This document shows, piece after piece, positions 40,022 through 52,514 of a stretch of DNA of 64,000 bases. Every line of letters begins with the position of its first letter. Position 1 is the first letter of the stretch. The notes under the pieces were generated by a model that saw nothing but the letters and a program-made list of their open reading frames with translations, did no database searches and had not been told where the DNA came from. The stretch comes from Eledone cirrhosa (Eukaryota), in assembly GCA_964016885.1 (NCBI GenBank), contig OZ024747.1, positions 90,582,001-90,646,000 of the forward strand, written 5' to 3'. A program made the translations under genes and the position numbers.

Positions 40022-40757
40022 TAGAGAGAGAGAGATGAGGACTGATGCAACAACAGCAGAGTTGATGATGGCTGGGCAAGCATCTCCTTGCCAACCTGAA
40101 CCACAGCATAGGAGAAAGTGCAGCAGAAAGCGACAATAAGACTGAGCAAATGATGCCTGCTAGCATTATTAGTAAAATGAATGACTGAAGAGAATAGAAT
40201 ACAGTAGATAAAGAGTGTACTGACAGTGCTGTGAAGAAAGATTGAGGTTTCTAACTGAGCATCTGTAGAGGAATATTGGTAATTGGTTGCTAGTTGGTAG
40301 GTGGGATGTTAAATAGACGGACAGAGGGAGTCTTATATGGATAGAGAGATATAGAAATATATATAGTAGAGATATATAGAATTGATAGAGGGATATAGAA
40401 ATATATAGTAGAGATATATAGAATTGATAGAGGGGTATAGAAATATATAGTAGAGGTAGATTGACTGATAGAGGGGTGTAGAAAGGAATAAAATAAACAA
40501 TAGAATGAGACATATAGACAGATAGATGGGTAGATTGATAGATAAAAAGTAAGATAAAACATACATACACACATGCATACATATTGATAGATATACAGAC
40601 AAACAGATAGTGAGATAGATAGACAAAAAGTCAGATAAACATGCGTACATATAGATATAGAGACAGATAGACATACACACACACATACATACAGATAGAT
40701 ATATAGACAGACAGACAGACAGATAGATACATAGACAGACAGACAGACAGATAGATA

Positions 40758-41791
40758 AGTTTCTTTTATTTGCCACTAGGGCATCAAAAGTGGGACAAGT
40801 ACAAAGGGGGGAGTTTACACAAAAAGGCGTCCTCAATAAGGAGGAGGCAATAACAAAATATAAAAATAAAATAAGATATAACAAAAAATAAAATTTATGA
40901 CAAAATCCTCAATAGATAGGAGGCGCCTTGGGGGGTCGCACACACCCCCGAAAAAAGTGTGCAACCCTTTTCCTCAGGAGCACAGAGAGGGGGTGCTCCC
41001 TCGTTCCTTCCCCTTTTCCACCTACAGGCTTATGTAAAGAGAAGGCCCATTCACACGGGCCATTCTCGCCACTTTCACCCACCTTTCATAAAAACGACTG
41101 GGGTGCAGCACCTCTCTCTCCATCCTGATCCTTCTTCCGAAATGATATCGGAAGAAACGGACCAGTTGTTGGCCAGAGAGAAAGGTGCCTGACCTCAGTC
41201 CTTTCAGACGCGTCCACCATACAACCTCTTTCGCCATGGCTATTACGCACAGAAACACCGCCTCTGCTTCATCTTTGAAGGGGGGAGGCGGCTTGATCAT
41301 TACAATAGACTCGGTGGTCAACCGGATCGGTCCCACCCTTGACAGCAGTTGTTCGACATAGCCCCACAGATCGGCTACGCCCGAGCAGTGTACCAATGCG
41401 TGTGCAACGGTTTCCTCGTCGCACACGCATCTGGGACAGATCTTTTTGGCGGGGTCCCTACCCGGGCGCCCGTGTCTGTAGAGCCTTTCTCGAACGGGTA
41501 AAGCCCCTCGGTAGCACTGCCAGGCCAGGGACTTCTGGAAGTTGTCCATAGGTCCCGGGCTGAATGTCCTACCGAACAGGCTGGCCAGTTCGTCCTCCTC
41601 CATGTCTAGGGCTTCTCCGAGGGCGGGCAGTACATCCGTGTAGCTGATACGGGTGTGGGCTACGAGGACACGGATGGTCCGGTCTACGGTGAGGTCCTAC
41701 CGCGTGAAGCGGGGCCGAGGTGTGTCCCAGCCTCAAGGCTCCAGTCGCCGGCACGGAGGGCACCTAAGAACGCCCCGAGTCCGGGCCCGCT
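40758..41791 (-). mobile_element. Tx1-clade copy 1: 3' UTR, ORF2 C-terminus, and ~170 bp of non-ORF2 5' sequence
   Basis: ORF 41022-41603 is nearly identical to the ORF2 C-terminus of copy 2. Flanked by (GACA/GATA)n on both sides. Confidence 0.9.
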
Positions 41792-41794
41792 GAC

Positions 41795-41825
<31 letters not shown>

Positions 41826-42070
41826 TAGACAGACAGACAGACAGACAGATAGATAGATACACAGACAGACAGACAGATAGATAGACAGACAGACAGACAG
41901 ATAGATAGACAGACAGACAGATAGATAGATACACAGACAGACAGACAGATAGATAGATACACAGACAGACAGACAGACAGATAGATAGACAGACAGACAG
42001 ATAGATAGATACACAGACAGACAGACAGACAGATAGATAGACAGACAGACAGATAGATAGACAGACAGAC

Positions 42071-42101
<31 letters not shown>

Positions 42102-42122
42102 TAGATAGACAGACAGACAGAC

Positions 42123-42161
<39 letters not shown>

Positions 42162-42243
42162 TAGATAGATACACAGACAGACAGACAGATAGATAGATAC
42201 ACAGACAGACAGACAGATAGATAGACAGACAGACAGATAGATA
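41792..42243. repeat. (GACA)n/(GATA)n compound microsatellite, ~450 bp
   Basis: Direct reading. Similar tracts at 40693-40757, 47266-47342, 48649-48850, 48930-48957 and 51831-51880. Confidence 0.95.
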
Positions 42244-42507
42244 TGTTTCTTTTATTTGCCACCAGGGCATCAAAAGTAGGACAAGTACAATGGGGGGAGT
42301 TTACAAAACAAGGTGTCCTCAATAAGGAGGAGGCAATAACAATATATAAAAATAAAATAAAATATAACAAAAAATAAAATTTATAACAAAGTCCTCAATG
42401 GAGAGGAGGCGCCTTGGGGGGTCGCACACACCCCCGAAAAAAGTGTGCAACCCTTCTCCTCAGGAGCACAGAGAAGGGGTGCTCCCTTGGTCTTTCATCT
42501 TCCTCAC

Positions 42508-45500
42508 CTATAGTCTGATGTAGAGTGAAGGCCCATTCACACGGGCCATTCTCGCCACTTTCACCCATCTTTCATAGAAACGGCTGGGGTGCAGCACCTC
42601 TCTCTCCATCCTGATCCTTCTTCCGAAATGATATCGGAAGAAACGGACCAGTTGTTGGCCAGAGAGAAAGGTGTCTGACCTCAGTCCTTTCAGACGCGTC
42701 CACCATACAACCTCTTTCGCCATGGCTATTACGCACAGAAACACCGCCTCTCCTTCGTTTTTGAAGAGGGGAGGCGGCTTGATCGTTACAATAGACTCGG
42801 TGGTCAACCGGATCGGTCCCACCCTTGACAGCAGTTGTTCGACATAGCCCCACAGATCGGCAATGCCCGAGCAGTGTACCAATGCGTGTGCAACGGTTTC
42901 CTCGTCGCACACGCATCTGGCACAGACCTTTTTCGATGGGTCCCTACCCGGGCGCCCGTGTCTGTAGAGCCTTTCTCGAACGGGCAGAGCCCTTCTGTAG
43001 CATTGCCAGGCCAGGGACCTCTGGAAGTTATCCATGGGTCCCGGGCTGAATGTCCTACCGAACAGGTTGGCCAGTTCGTCTTCCTCCATGCCTAGGGCTT
43101 CTCCGAGGGCGTCGTCGCACCTGCTAACCACCAGCCCTCTATAGAATGACGAGGTGGATTCTCCACTGACAGCCGGGTCCGCCTGCCAGAGAGCCGTGAG
43201 CGCCTGGGCACACTCGGTGTGCCAGGCGCCCAGTTTTCTCGGTCTTTGCTTGACCCAGGATTGCAGCTCGGTGAGTGAGACAAGTCTGGGAAAGGCTCGC
43301 CTCACAAACGGGGCCCACACCGGTTGACCGGAGAGGAATACCTGAAGGTGCCGTAGCCTTAATGCGTGTTTACGTATCATCAGCCACGGCATCCCCAGCC
43401 CTCCTTTCGAAGGGTGTTGACAGCAGATGGATCTCCTCACCATAGGAGCCCGCTTCTTCCAAAGGAATTGGAAGAGTGCGCGCTCCATTTTGGCGAGCGT
43501 TTCCCTTGGGCAAGGCACCACGGTCAGGCGGTAGTAGATGACGGACGCTATATAAGTGTTCGCCACCTCCGCCCGACCTTTCAGGGACAGTTTGCACTCG
43601 GCCCACTTCTGGGTCAGTGCAAACACCCTGCTCGTCACCTCACCCCAGTTCTTCTCCACCTGGAGGTCTGGTCCGAACCAGACCCCGAGCAATTTCACCG
43701 GGCCCTCCGTCCAGCACCCGACGACGCCATCGGAGGGCATCGATCTGCCCCTCCACGTGCCGAGTTGCAGACCGATCGACTTGTCCCGGTTCAGCTTAGC
43801 CCCTGTAAACCTTTCGTACTCCTCCAGTAAGGTGCCGATCGCCCCGATTTCGGAGGCCGTCGACACCATTACTGTTACGTCATCGGCGTAGGCTGACACC
43901 GCTTTCCGCAATCCCGGTTCCAACGGGATGCCCTGCAACAACTCCAACTTCCGCAGCAGTGGCTCTAGAGTCACTACATACAGAAGGGAGGAGAGAGGGC
44001 ACCCCTGTCGGATGGACCGCGCGATTTCGAACGGCTCCGAGAGGTAGCCGTTCACCTTGACCCTAGAGCAGATGCGGCTGCTGTGCATGGCATTGATCCA
44101 GCCCCTGAAAACGGGTCCGAAGCCTGCCGCCGCTAGCACCGCATCCAGGTAACCATGGTCGACCCTATCGAATGCCTTAGATTGATCCAAGTTGATCAGG
44201 GCCCCACCAAAGCCGGGTTCGTTCCCAACCCTCTCTATGATGTATCGCATGAGGTGGAGGTTATCGTGGATGGACCTGGACGGGATAGCACATGTCTGCG
44301 CATCTCCCACCAGGTTGCCCACGACAAGCGCCAACCTCTTTGCTAGCACCTTGGCCAAAATCTGTAACTCTGTATTTAGCAGAGTTATGGGCCTGAAATT
44401 ATTTATATCGTCCCCCTTGTTCTCGTTCTTCCTCACTAACGTGACTACGCCCTTGGTTACAGCACAGGGAATTCTCCCGTTCTGTCGCCAGTTGCAGTAG
44501 ACCGCCTCGAGGAGTTCGGGGAACAAGTCCGGCATAGCTAGATATAGTTCGTATGGAAGACCATCGAGACCCGGGGATTTGCGTTTGCCGCATTGGCTCA
44601 GCACGTCCTCTATCTCAGCGGCTGAAATCGGCTCCTCGCAGGACTTCGCCTCCCTGTCCGAGAGACGCGGCAGGCCGTCGAGGTATAGACCGAAGTCCAC
44701 GTCCCCAACCGGCCCCCCGCCCCTTCCGAACAATTCGGCAAAGTGCTTTTGAAAAGCCTCGCACATCTGCTTAGGTTCAAGGATCACCCGTCCATCCTGG
44801 TCTCGCAAAGACCGGATAGTGGATCTGCTCCCTCTTTTGGCTTCTGTCACGCGGGCCCAGCTAACAGCTTTGGTCCCCTCGTTTCCCAGAGCACATATTT
44901 TGCTTCGGACGATGCAGCCTTCGTGTTTCGCGTCGAAGAACTGGCCCAGGGCCGTTCTCGACGCTAGCACTCTGGCCACGTCGCCGCTTCTAATTGCCTC
45001 TTCTACACTATCTACCAACTCCCTTTCCTTCCTATTTCTATTGGAGGCTAACTCCTTACTAAATTCTATAGAGACTACTCTAATCTCTCTTTTGAGAGAT
45101 CCCCACCACCTGCTGTTGACGATGGCGCCCGTCAACCGCTCCTTAACTAAAGTGCTAATCCGGTTCCTGTAAGCCTTACTTGCCGGTAAGGACAGGTTGA
45201 GCTTCCAGTAACCGGGTCCCTGTCTATGAGTTCTGTCAAGGTTGACCATGCAGGTCACTAATTTGTGGTCTGAATAGCCAACCATGCGCATTTTTGGACA
45301 ACTTAAAAAGTCCTTATCCTTAATTCTAACTAAGAACCTATCTAGGTACGACCTAGATGTTCCGCTACGATTTGCCCAAGTCCAGGTTGGCGCAGTCGGA
45401 AAATCTAGTCGATATCTATCGGCCAGGTCAAATCGACCGATTAACCCTTTGAGGCTATTACACCCCTCTCTATCGGGACAGGCCCCTACGTAGTCCCAGC

Positions 45501-45938
45501 GTGCATCTAGGATACCATTCCAGTCCCCCACTAATAGCAAGGAGCGGGACGTCCCCAGAAAAGTCTCCAGACGATGGAAGAAGTCCGGCCGCATTGACCC
45601 GAAAGGGCCGTAGGCGGCTACCAACCTAAACGCTCCGCCTTTACCACTGCCAAGGTCCAGAACCACTAGTCGACCCTCCGGGTCCAAATGTACCATCTGT
45701 GTTGCGAGACCCAGATGTTTTTGCAGCAGAACGACAACTCCACCCCCACCTCCGGGCTGACAGAGAGATGCGTGCATCTCAAAGTCATCAAAGGTGGGGG
45801 CCAGCTGTCGCACGTTGCTGATCCGGGCCTCGCAAATAACCATCACATCTATACGTTGTGACCTGAGGATAGCATTGCTTGCTTCCAAGTTGAGCCCACG
45901 CCACGCGCATTTAAACAGCCTACTCTTAGCATAGCCAT
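42508..45938 (-). pseudogene. Tx1/L1-clade ORF2: APE endonuclease, reverse transcriptase and C-terminal CCHC; one N-terminal frameshift
   Basis: APE motifs GCLNARG (ATG 45938, out of frame with the 1126-aa ORF), VICE, GDWN, SYLDRFLV, SDH. RT motifs KSPGLDG, FRPITLLN, DQSKAFDRV, RQGCPLS, YADD. Tx1-type GPGYWKLN linker. C-x2-C-x8-H-x4-C (CARC...H...C). Confidence 0.92.
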
Positions 45939-45962
45939 GTTGGTGGTGAAGAGAAAAGGCAC

Positions 45963-47265
45963 TTACCTCTCTGCGTCCCGGGTATCGGGCTGCACAATTT
46001 CCATTAGGGTGGGGGATGGGTTGTTGGGTGGGGTGGTGGTTTGTGGAAGTGTAGGGGCATCAGTGTGTTGTGTGGTTGGGGAGCTTGGAGTTGTGTGGGT
46101 GTTTGGGGAGGGGGTGGGATAGTTTTTTAGGAGGACGCGGTTAATGGGCCCGACGCAGGGGGGGACCCACGTCCTCTTTAAAATTGTTTTTTAAAGTTTT
46201 ATAGGTGTCCTGTGGGGCCTTAATCATTTTGAGGTGGGGGAAATCCCCTGCCTGGGTGAAGTTAGGCCCTTGTGTTTTTATTAGATTGTTGTTGTACACA
46301 ATGTTTAACAGTTTTTTGTTTCTTGTGTTTATGTATGTGTATGCATGTTTTTGTTTTTGTGTGGTGTTTTTTGTTTGCTGTTGTTGTGAGCTCTTTTGTG
46401 TTGGTGTCAGTGTTATGTTTTGGGGAGGGGTTGTTTTCATTTGTGTGTCTGAGGAGTGTTTTCTTTTTTTTCTTTTGAAGGAAAAAATTAGAGATAAGAG
46501 GGATCAGATGTTGTTTACTCGAGAGAAGGCTACGTTGGTATGGACACGTGATGCGCATGAAAGTCGATAGCTGTATAACAAAGTGCAGGGCAATAAAGAT
46601 AGACGGTAGTCACGGAATAGGCAGACCTAGAAAAACCTGGGACGAGCTGATAAACTCCGACATCACACACTTACACCTCTCCAAGACAATGTCACTGGAC
46701 CGAGACCTTTGGCGGTACTCAGTAACAGAGAAGACCCGCCTTACCTAAATATATAGTAAAACCTACTCCAGCCAGTAGGCATCTCTAACAAAATACACCC
46801 CGTCCCACCACCCCCACCCCCACCCGATCCACACCACCCCGTTCTATGTAAAGTTATGTTGGTGCCGCGCCTTCGAGGCCGAAACAAATGAGAACGTGTA
46901 GGTGTCACGACAAAAAAACACACAGTCCACGCTGTAATGTGGCCGTGTAGGCAACACGGTAAAAACCTCCCAGACCCACACTGTAAATGTGGTTGGTGTT
47001 AGGAAGGGCATCCAACTGTAGAAAACCTGCCAGACAGTCCTATGCGAGCAAGACAATCACTCTTGCCTCAAGTGGGACTACCCCCGTCCAAACCCATGCA
47101 AGCGTGGAACACGGACGTTAAACGTTGATGATGATGATGATGATGATGATTGTGTGGAAGTGCTCCTCCTCGTCTGACGACGAACTAGGGTCATCTTCCG
47201 CGTTGGAGGGGAGGGGTATATTTTCGGGTTGTGTTTGCGGTACGGGTGTTTTGGAAATTGTTTTT
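45963..47265 (-). pseudogene. C-terminal part of Tx1 ORF1 (acidic, basic, Pro/Thr-rich), split by the RTE insertion
   Basis: ...PSSSSDEEEHFHTI|KRKKRKHSSDTQMKTTPPQ... rejoins across 46479-47149. One frameshift in the G-run at ~46160. Ends MEIVQPDTRDAER* about 25 nt before the ORF2 ATG. Confidence 0.65.
46479..47149 (+). mobile_element. 5'-truncated RTE-clade LINE (C-terminus, 3' UTR, (TGA)n tail)
   Basis: ERRLRWYGHVMRM...GRPRKTWDE...DRDLWR, stop at 46748. 3' UTR ends ccatgcaagcgtggaacacggacgttaaacg followed by (TGA)n. Confidence 0.85.
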
Positions 47266-47300
47266 GACAGACAGACAGATAGATAGATACATAGACAGAC

Positions 47301-47331
<31 letters not shown>

Positions 47332-47342
47332 GATAGATAGAT

Positions 47343-48648
47343 ATATTTCTTTATTAGCCACAGGGGCACAAAAGAAGGGGACAAATACAAAGGGGGAAGT
47401 TTACATACAATAAAAACGTATAAAATGTTATCACAAATGGAATTTAAAAAGTTAGTTGATTTTCCCCAATAGGGGGTGACAGTTCATATGGGTAACACAT
47501 ACCCCCGAAAAAAAATGTGCAACCCTCATCTCCAGGAGTACGAAGAGCTTGTACTCCTTTCCTCTCCTCCTCCTTAACCTACAGGCTGATATAGAGAGAA
47601 GGCCCATTCACTCGGGCCATTCTCGCCACTTTCACCCACCTTTCATAAAACTTGCTGGGGTACAGCACCTCTCTCTCCATCCTGATTCTTCTTCCAAAGT
47701 GGTATTTGAAAAAAAGAATCAGTTGTTGGCCGGAGAGAAAGGTGTCTGACCTCAGCCCTTTTAACATCGTCCACCATACAACCTCTTTCGCCATAGCTAT
47801 CACACAAAGGAAAACCGCCTCTCCTTCGTTTTTGAAGGAGGGTCGCGGTTTGATCATGACAATGGACTCGGTGGTCAACCGGATTGGTCCCACCCGCGAC
47901 AATAGTCGTTCTACATAGCCCCACAGGTCAGTGATGCCCGGGCAGTGTATGAATGCGTGCGCGACGGTTTCTTCGTTACGCACGCACCTCGGACAGATCT
48001 TTTTTGCAGGGTCCCTCCCTGGGCGCCCATGTCTGTAGAGCTTGTCTCGAACTGGTAGAGGTCCTCGGTAGCACTGCCAGGCCAGGGACTTTTGGAAGTT
48101 GTCCATCGGTCCCGGGCGTAAGGTCCTACCGAACAGACTGGCCAGTTCATCTTCCTCTACGCCTAGAGTTTCACCGAGCGCGTCGTCGCACTTGCTGTGG
48201 ATCAACCCTCTATAGAATGACGAAGTGGAGTCTCCACTGATCGCCGGGTCCGCCTGCCAGACTGCTGTGAGTGCCTGAGCACATTCGATGTGCCAGTCGC
48301 CCATTTTCCTCGGTCTTTGCTTGACCCAGGACTGCAGCTCGGTCAGCGAGACGAGTCGTGGGAAGGCTCGCCTCACGAATGGGGTTCAGACCGGTTGTCC
48401 GGTGAGGAATATGTAGAGATGCTGCAGCCTGAGCGCGTGTTTGCGCATCGTCAACCACGGCATCCCCAGCCCTGTGTTAGAAGGGTGTTGGCAGCAGAAG
48501 GATCTTCTCACCAAATGAGCCCACCACTTCCAAAGGAATTGGAAGAGCGCGCGCTCCATTTTGGTGAGCGTTTTGGCTGGATAAGGCACGACGGTCAAGC
48601 GGTAGTAGATGGCGGACGCTATAAAAGTGTTCGCACACCTCCGCTCAG
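47343..48648 (-). mobile_element. Tx1-clade copy 3 (5'-truncated, diverged subfamily)
   Basis: ORFs 47579-48376 and 48386-48648 are homologous to the ORF2 C-terminal third. Distinct 3' UTR. Microsatellite on both sides. Confidence 0.9.
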
Positions 48649-48764
48649 GCAGATAGATACATAGATACATAGACAGACAGACAGATAGATACATAGACAG
48701 ACAGACAGATAGATACATAGACAGACAGACAGATAGATACATAGACAGACAGACAGATAGATAC

Positions 48765-48805
<41 letters not shown>

Positions 48806-48850
48806 TACATAGACAGACAGACAGATAGATACATAGACAGACAGATAGAT

Positions 48851-48928
48851 ATGTTTCTTTTTATTTGCCACCAGGGCATCAAAAAGTGGGACAAGTACAA
48901 TGGAGGGAGTTTACAAAACAAGGCGTCC
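48851..48928 (-). mobile_element. Tx1-clade copy 4 (only ~80 bp of the 3' end)
   Basis: Matches 42244-42320. Microsatellite on both sides. Confidence 0.8.
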
Positions 48929-48957
48929 TATAGATACATAGACAGACAAATAGATAC

Positions 48958-51830
48958 ATTTCTTTATTTACCATAAAGGCATAAAAAGAAGGGACAAATA
49001 CAAAGGGGGAGTTTACATATAATCGAGTAAAAAGGGTGTAACATGAAAATAATCGAAAATAACCTCAAAAGGGAGGGGACGTGATGGGGGTTGCACACAC
49101 CCCCGAAAAAGTGTGCAATCCTTTGCCCGGGGAGCACATGGAGAAGGTGTTCCCCTCTCCTTTACTTCTTTACCTACAGGATGGTATACAGAGAAGGCCC
49201 ATTTACACGAGCCATTCTCGCCACTATCACCCACCTTTCATAAAACTGCCTGTGGCCAAGCACCTCTCTCTCCATTCTTATCCTTCTTCCGAAGTGATAT
49301 CGGAAGAAGTAGACCAGACTATGGCCAGAGAGGAAGTTGCCTGACCTCAGACCTTTCAATCGTGTCCACCAAACAACCTCTTTCAACATGGCTATTACGC
49401 ACAGAAAAACCGCCTTTGCTTCCTTTGTGAAGAGGGGAGGCGGTTTGATTGTCATCACGGACTCGGCGGTCAATTTAATCGGCGCCACCCGCGACAGCAG
49501 TTGTTCGGCGTAGCCCCACAGATCAGCCACGCCCGGACATTGCACCAATGCGTGCGCTACGGTTTCTTCGTGACGCACGCACAAATCTTTTTTGAGGGAT
49601 CCCTGCCCGGGCGCCCGTGTCTGTAGAGCCTCTCTCGAACGGGTAGAGCCCCTCGGTAGCACTGCCAGGCCAGTGACTTCTGGAAGTTGTCCATTGGTCC
49701 TGGGCCGAAAGTCCTACCGAACAGGCTGGCCAGTTCGTCTTCTTCCATGTCCAGCGACTCTCCAAGGGTGTCATCGCCCCTGCTAGCCACCAGCCCTCTA
49801 TAGAATGATGAGGTGGATTCTCCACCGATGGCCCGGCCCGCTTGCCAGAGAGCCCTGAGCGCCTGAGCACACTCAGTGTGCCAGTCTCCCAGTTTTCCGG
49901 ATCTTTGCTTGACCCAGGACTGTAGCTCGGTGAGTGAGACGAGTCTCGGAAAGGCTCGTTTCACGAACGGAGCCTACACCGGTTGACCAGTGAGGAATAC
50001 CTGTAGGTGCCGTAGCCTTAATGCGTGCCTACGCATCATCAACCACGGCATCCCCAGCCCTCCTTTCGAAGGTTGTTGGCAGCAGATGGATCTTCTCACC
50101 ATAGGAGGACGCTTCTTCCAAAGAAATTGGAAGAGCATGCGTTCCATGGTGGTGAGTGTTTCCTTAGGGCAAGGCACGACAGTCAGGCGGTAGTAAGTGA
50201 CGGACGCTATGTAAATGTTCGCCACCTCCGCCCGGCCTTTTAGGGACAGCTTACACTTGGCCCATTTCTGGGTTAGTGCAAACACCTTGTTCGTAACCTC
50301 GTTCCAGTTCTTTTCCACCTGGAGGTCCGGTCCAAACCAGACCCCAAGCAACTTTACCGGGCCCTCCGTCCAGTGTCCGACGACACCGTCAGGAGGCATC
50401 GGTTTGCCTCTCCACGTTCCGAGTTGCAGCCCGATGGATTTTTCCCGGTTCAGTTTCGCTCCTGACAACCTTTCGTACTCCTCCAGTAAGGTACCGATCG
50501 CCTCGATCTCCGAGTCGGTTGATACCATTACTGTTACGTCATCGGCGTAGGCCGACACCGCTTTGCTCAATCCTGGTTCCAGGGGGATACCCTGCAACAA
50601 CTCCAACTTCCTCAGTAAAGGCTCGAGAGTCAATACGTACAGAAGGGAGGAGAGAGGGCACCCCTGTCGAATGGATCGTGTGATTTCGAACGGCTTCGAA
50701 AGGTAGCCGTTCACCTTGATCCTAGAACAGATGTGGTTGCTATGTAGGGCAGTGATCCAGCCTCTGAAAACAGGACCGAACCCAGCCGCCGCTAGCACCG
50801 CATCCAGGTAACCATGGTCGACCCTATCGAAGGCCTTAGACTGATCCAAGTTGATCAGGGCCCCACCGAAGCCGGGTTTGTTGCCAACCCTCTCTATGAT
50901 GTATCGCATGAGGTGGAGGTTATCGTGAATGGACCTGGATGGGATAGCACATGTCTGCGCATCTCCCACCAGGCCACCCACGACAAGCGCCAACCTCTTT
51001 GCTAACACCTTGGCCAAAATCTTTAACTCTGTGTTTAGCAGGGTTATGGGCCGAAAATTATTTATACTATCCCCCTTGTTCTCGTCCTTCCTCACCAGCG
51101 TGACTACGCCCTTGGCTACAGAACAAGGAATTCTCCCGTTCTGCTGCCAATTGCAGTAGACCGCTTCGAGGAGTTCGGAGAAGAAGACCGGCATTGCTAA
51201 ATAAAGTTCGTAAGGTATACCATCGAGACCTGGAGATTTGCGTCTGCTGCATTGGCTCAGCGCATCTCCGATCTCATCAGCCGAGATTGGTCCCTCGCAG
51301 GACTCTGCCTCTTTGTTCGAGAGACGCGGCAGGCCGTCGAGGTATGGACCGAAATCCACGCCCCGGCCCGGACCCTCGCCTCCCCCGAACAATCGGGCAA
51401 AGTGCTTTTGAAAGGCCTCGCACATCTGCTTAGGCTCCCGGATCACTCGTCCATCTTCGTCTTGCAACGACCGGATGGTGGATCGATTTCCACTTTTAGC
51501 TTCTGTCACGCGGGCCCATCCAACGGCTTTGGCCCCCTCATTACCTAGAGCACGTATTTTACTTCGAATGACGCAGCCTTCATGCTTTGCATCGAAAAAC
51601 TGGTTCAAGGCCGTCCTCGATGCCAGCACTCTGGCCACATCTTCGCTCTTGATTGCCTCTTCTAATTTACCTGTTAATTCTTTCTCGTTTCTATTCCTAT
51701 TGGCAGCTAACATCTTGCTATAACTTATTGATTCTGTTCTAATCTCTCTTTTGAGAGATGCCCACCATCGGTTGTTGACGATTGCACCTGTCAACCTCTC
51801 CTTAACTAATCTGCTAATCCGGTTTCTGTA
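48958..51830 (-). mobile_element. Tx1-clade copy 5 (5'-truncated after the endonuclease; RT region open, frameshifted distally)
   Basis: ORFs 49974-~51830, 49557-49964 and 49174-49662 are homologous to ORF2, including YADD. The 5' junction abuts catagacagac... Confidence 0.9.
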
Positions 51831-51952
51831 CATAGACAGACAAATAGATAGATACATAGACAGACAGACAGATAGATAAATAAACAGAATAATATTGAGA
51901 GAGTGAGACAAATAAGCAGAGAAAATGTAGACTTTATAGAAGGTTTCATATA

Positions 51953-52133
51953 ATTGTTTCTACTTTTGGCACAAGGCCAGCAATTTCCCAGTGTATTACT
52001 GGTACTTTATTTTATCGACCCCGTAAGGATGAAAGGCAAAGTTAACCTCGGCGGGATTTGAACTCAGAATGGCAAGGGCCGTAACTCTATGCGTCAAAGC
52101 ATGGCGTCCGACCCTCTACCGATACTTCCAATT
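51953..52133 (-). mobile_element. SINE family A copy
   Basis: Conserved core. ttcatataat/ttcatatataat-like flanks. Confidence 0.85.
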
Positions 52134-52479
52134 CATTCATATAATAGTTGATAAGTAGATATATAGATGCCAGAAGCAGTGAGCAGGCAAGATAATGGCA
52201 GATGGAAATGGTTGGGCTAATGTGTCAAAGGATTGGTTTATTGTGAATAATAACTAAGTGTCAAAAATATAGACAATACAGTTTAGCAAAGGATCTATTA
52301 ACATAAAACTAAGGTGATTTTTCTTACAAAAACGTACATACATGCATGCATACACACACACACACATATATATGCAAAAGGTAAACAGAAATAACAAAGC
52401 AAACAACACAGTACAATGAAGAAATATATTGATACAAATATATATGTATATATATATATTGGGGGCATATATATGTATA

Positions 52480-52510
<31 letters not shown>

Positions 52511-52514
52511 GCCC

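Larger units (their letters stand above)
42244..47265 (-). mobile_element. Tx1-clade copy 2: 5'-truncated within ORF1, near-intact ORF2, interrupted by an RTE insertion
   Basis: 3' end ...GCCCTGGTGGCAAATAAAAGAAAC joined to ATATCTATCTGTC. ORF1 C-terminal part 47265 to 45963, ORF2 45938 to 42508. Confidence 0.9.

Noticed and set aside
41684-42370. 228-aa LSVC-repeat ORF and similar ORFs at 48386-48921
   Set aside because: Translation of the GACA/GATA tract.
46000-46470. Extreme G/T strand skew suggesting hypermutation
   Set aside because: Explained by Pro/Thr/Asn/Lys-rich ORF1 codons on the minus strand; no reference copy in the window to test editing.
42825-51723. Plus-strand ORFs overlapping the Tx1 copies, and 25764-27034 overlapping the zinc-finger gene
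   Set aside because: Antisense shadows of GC-rich coding sequence.
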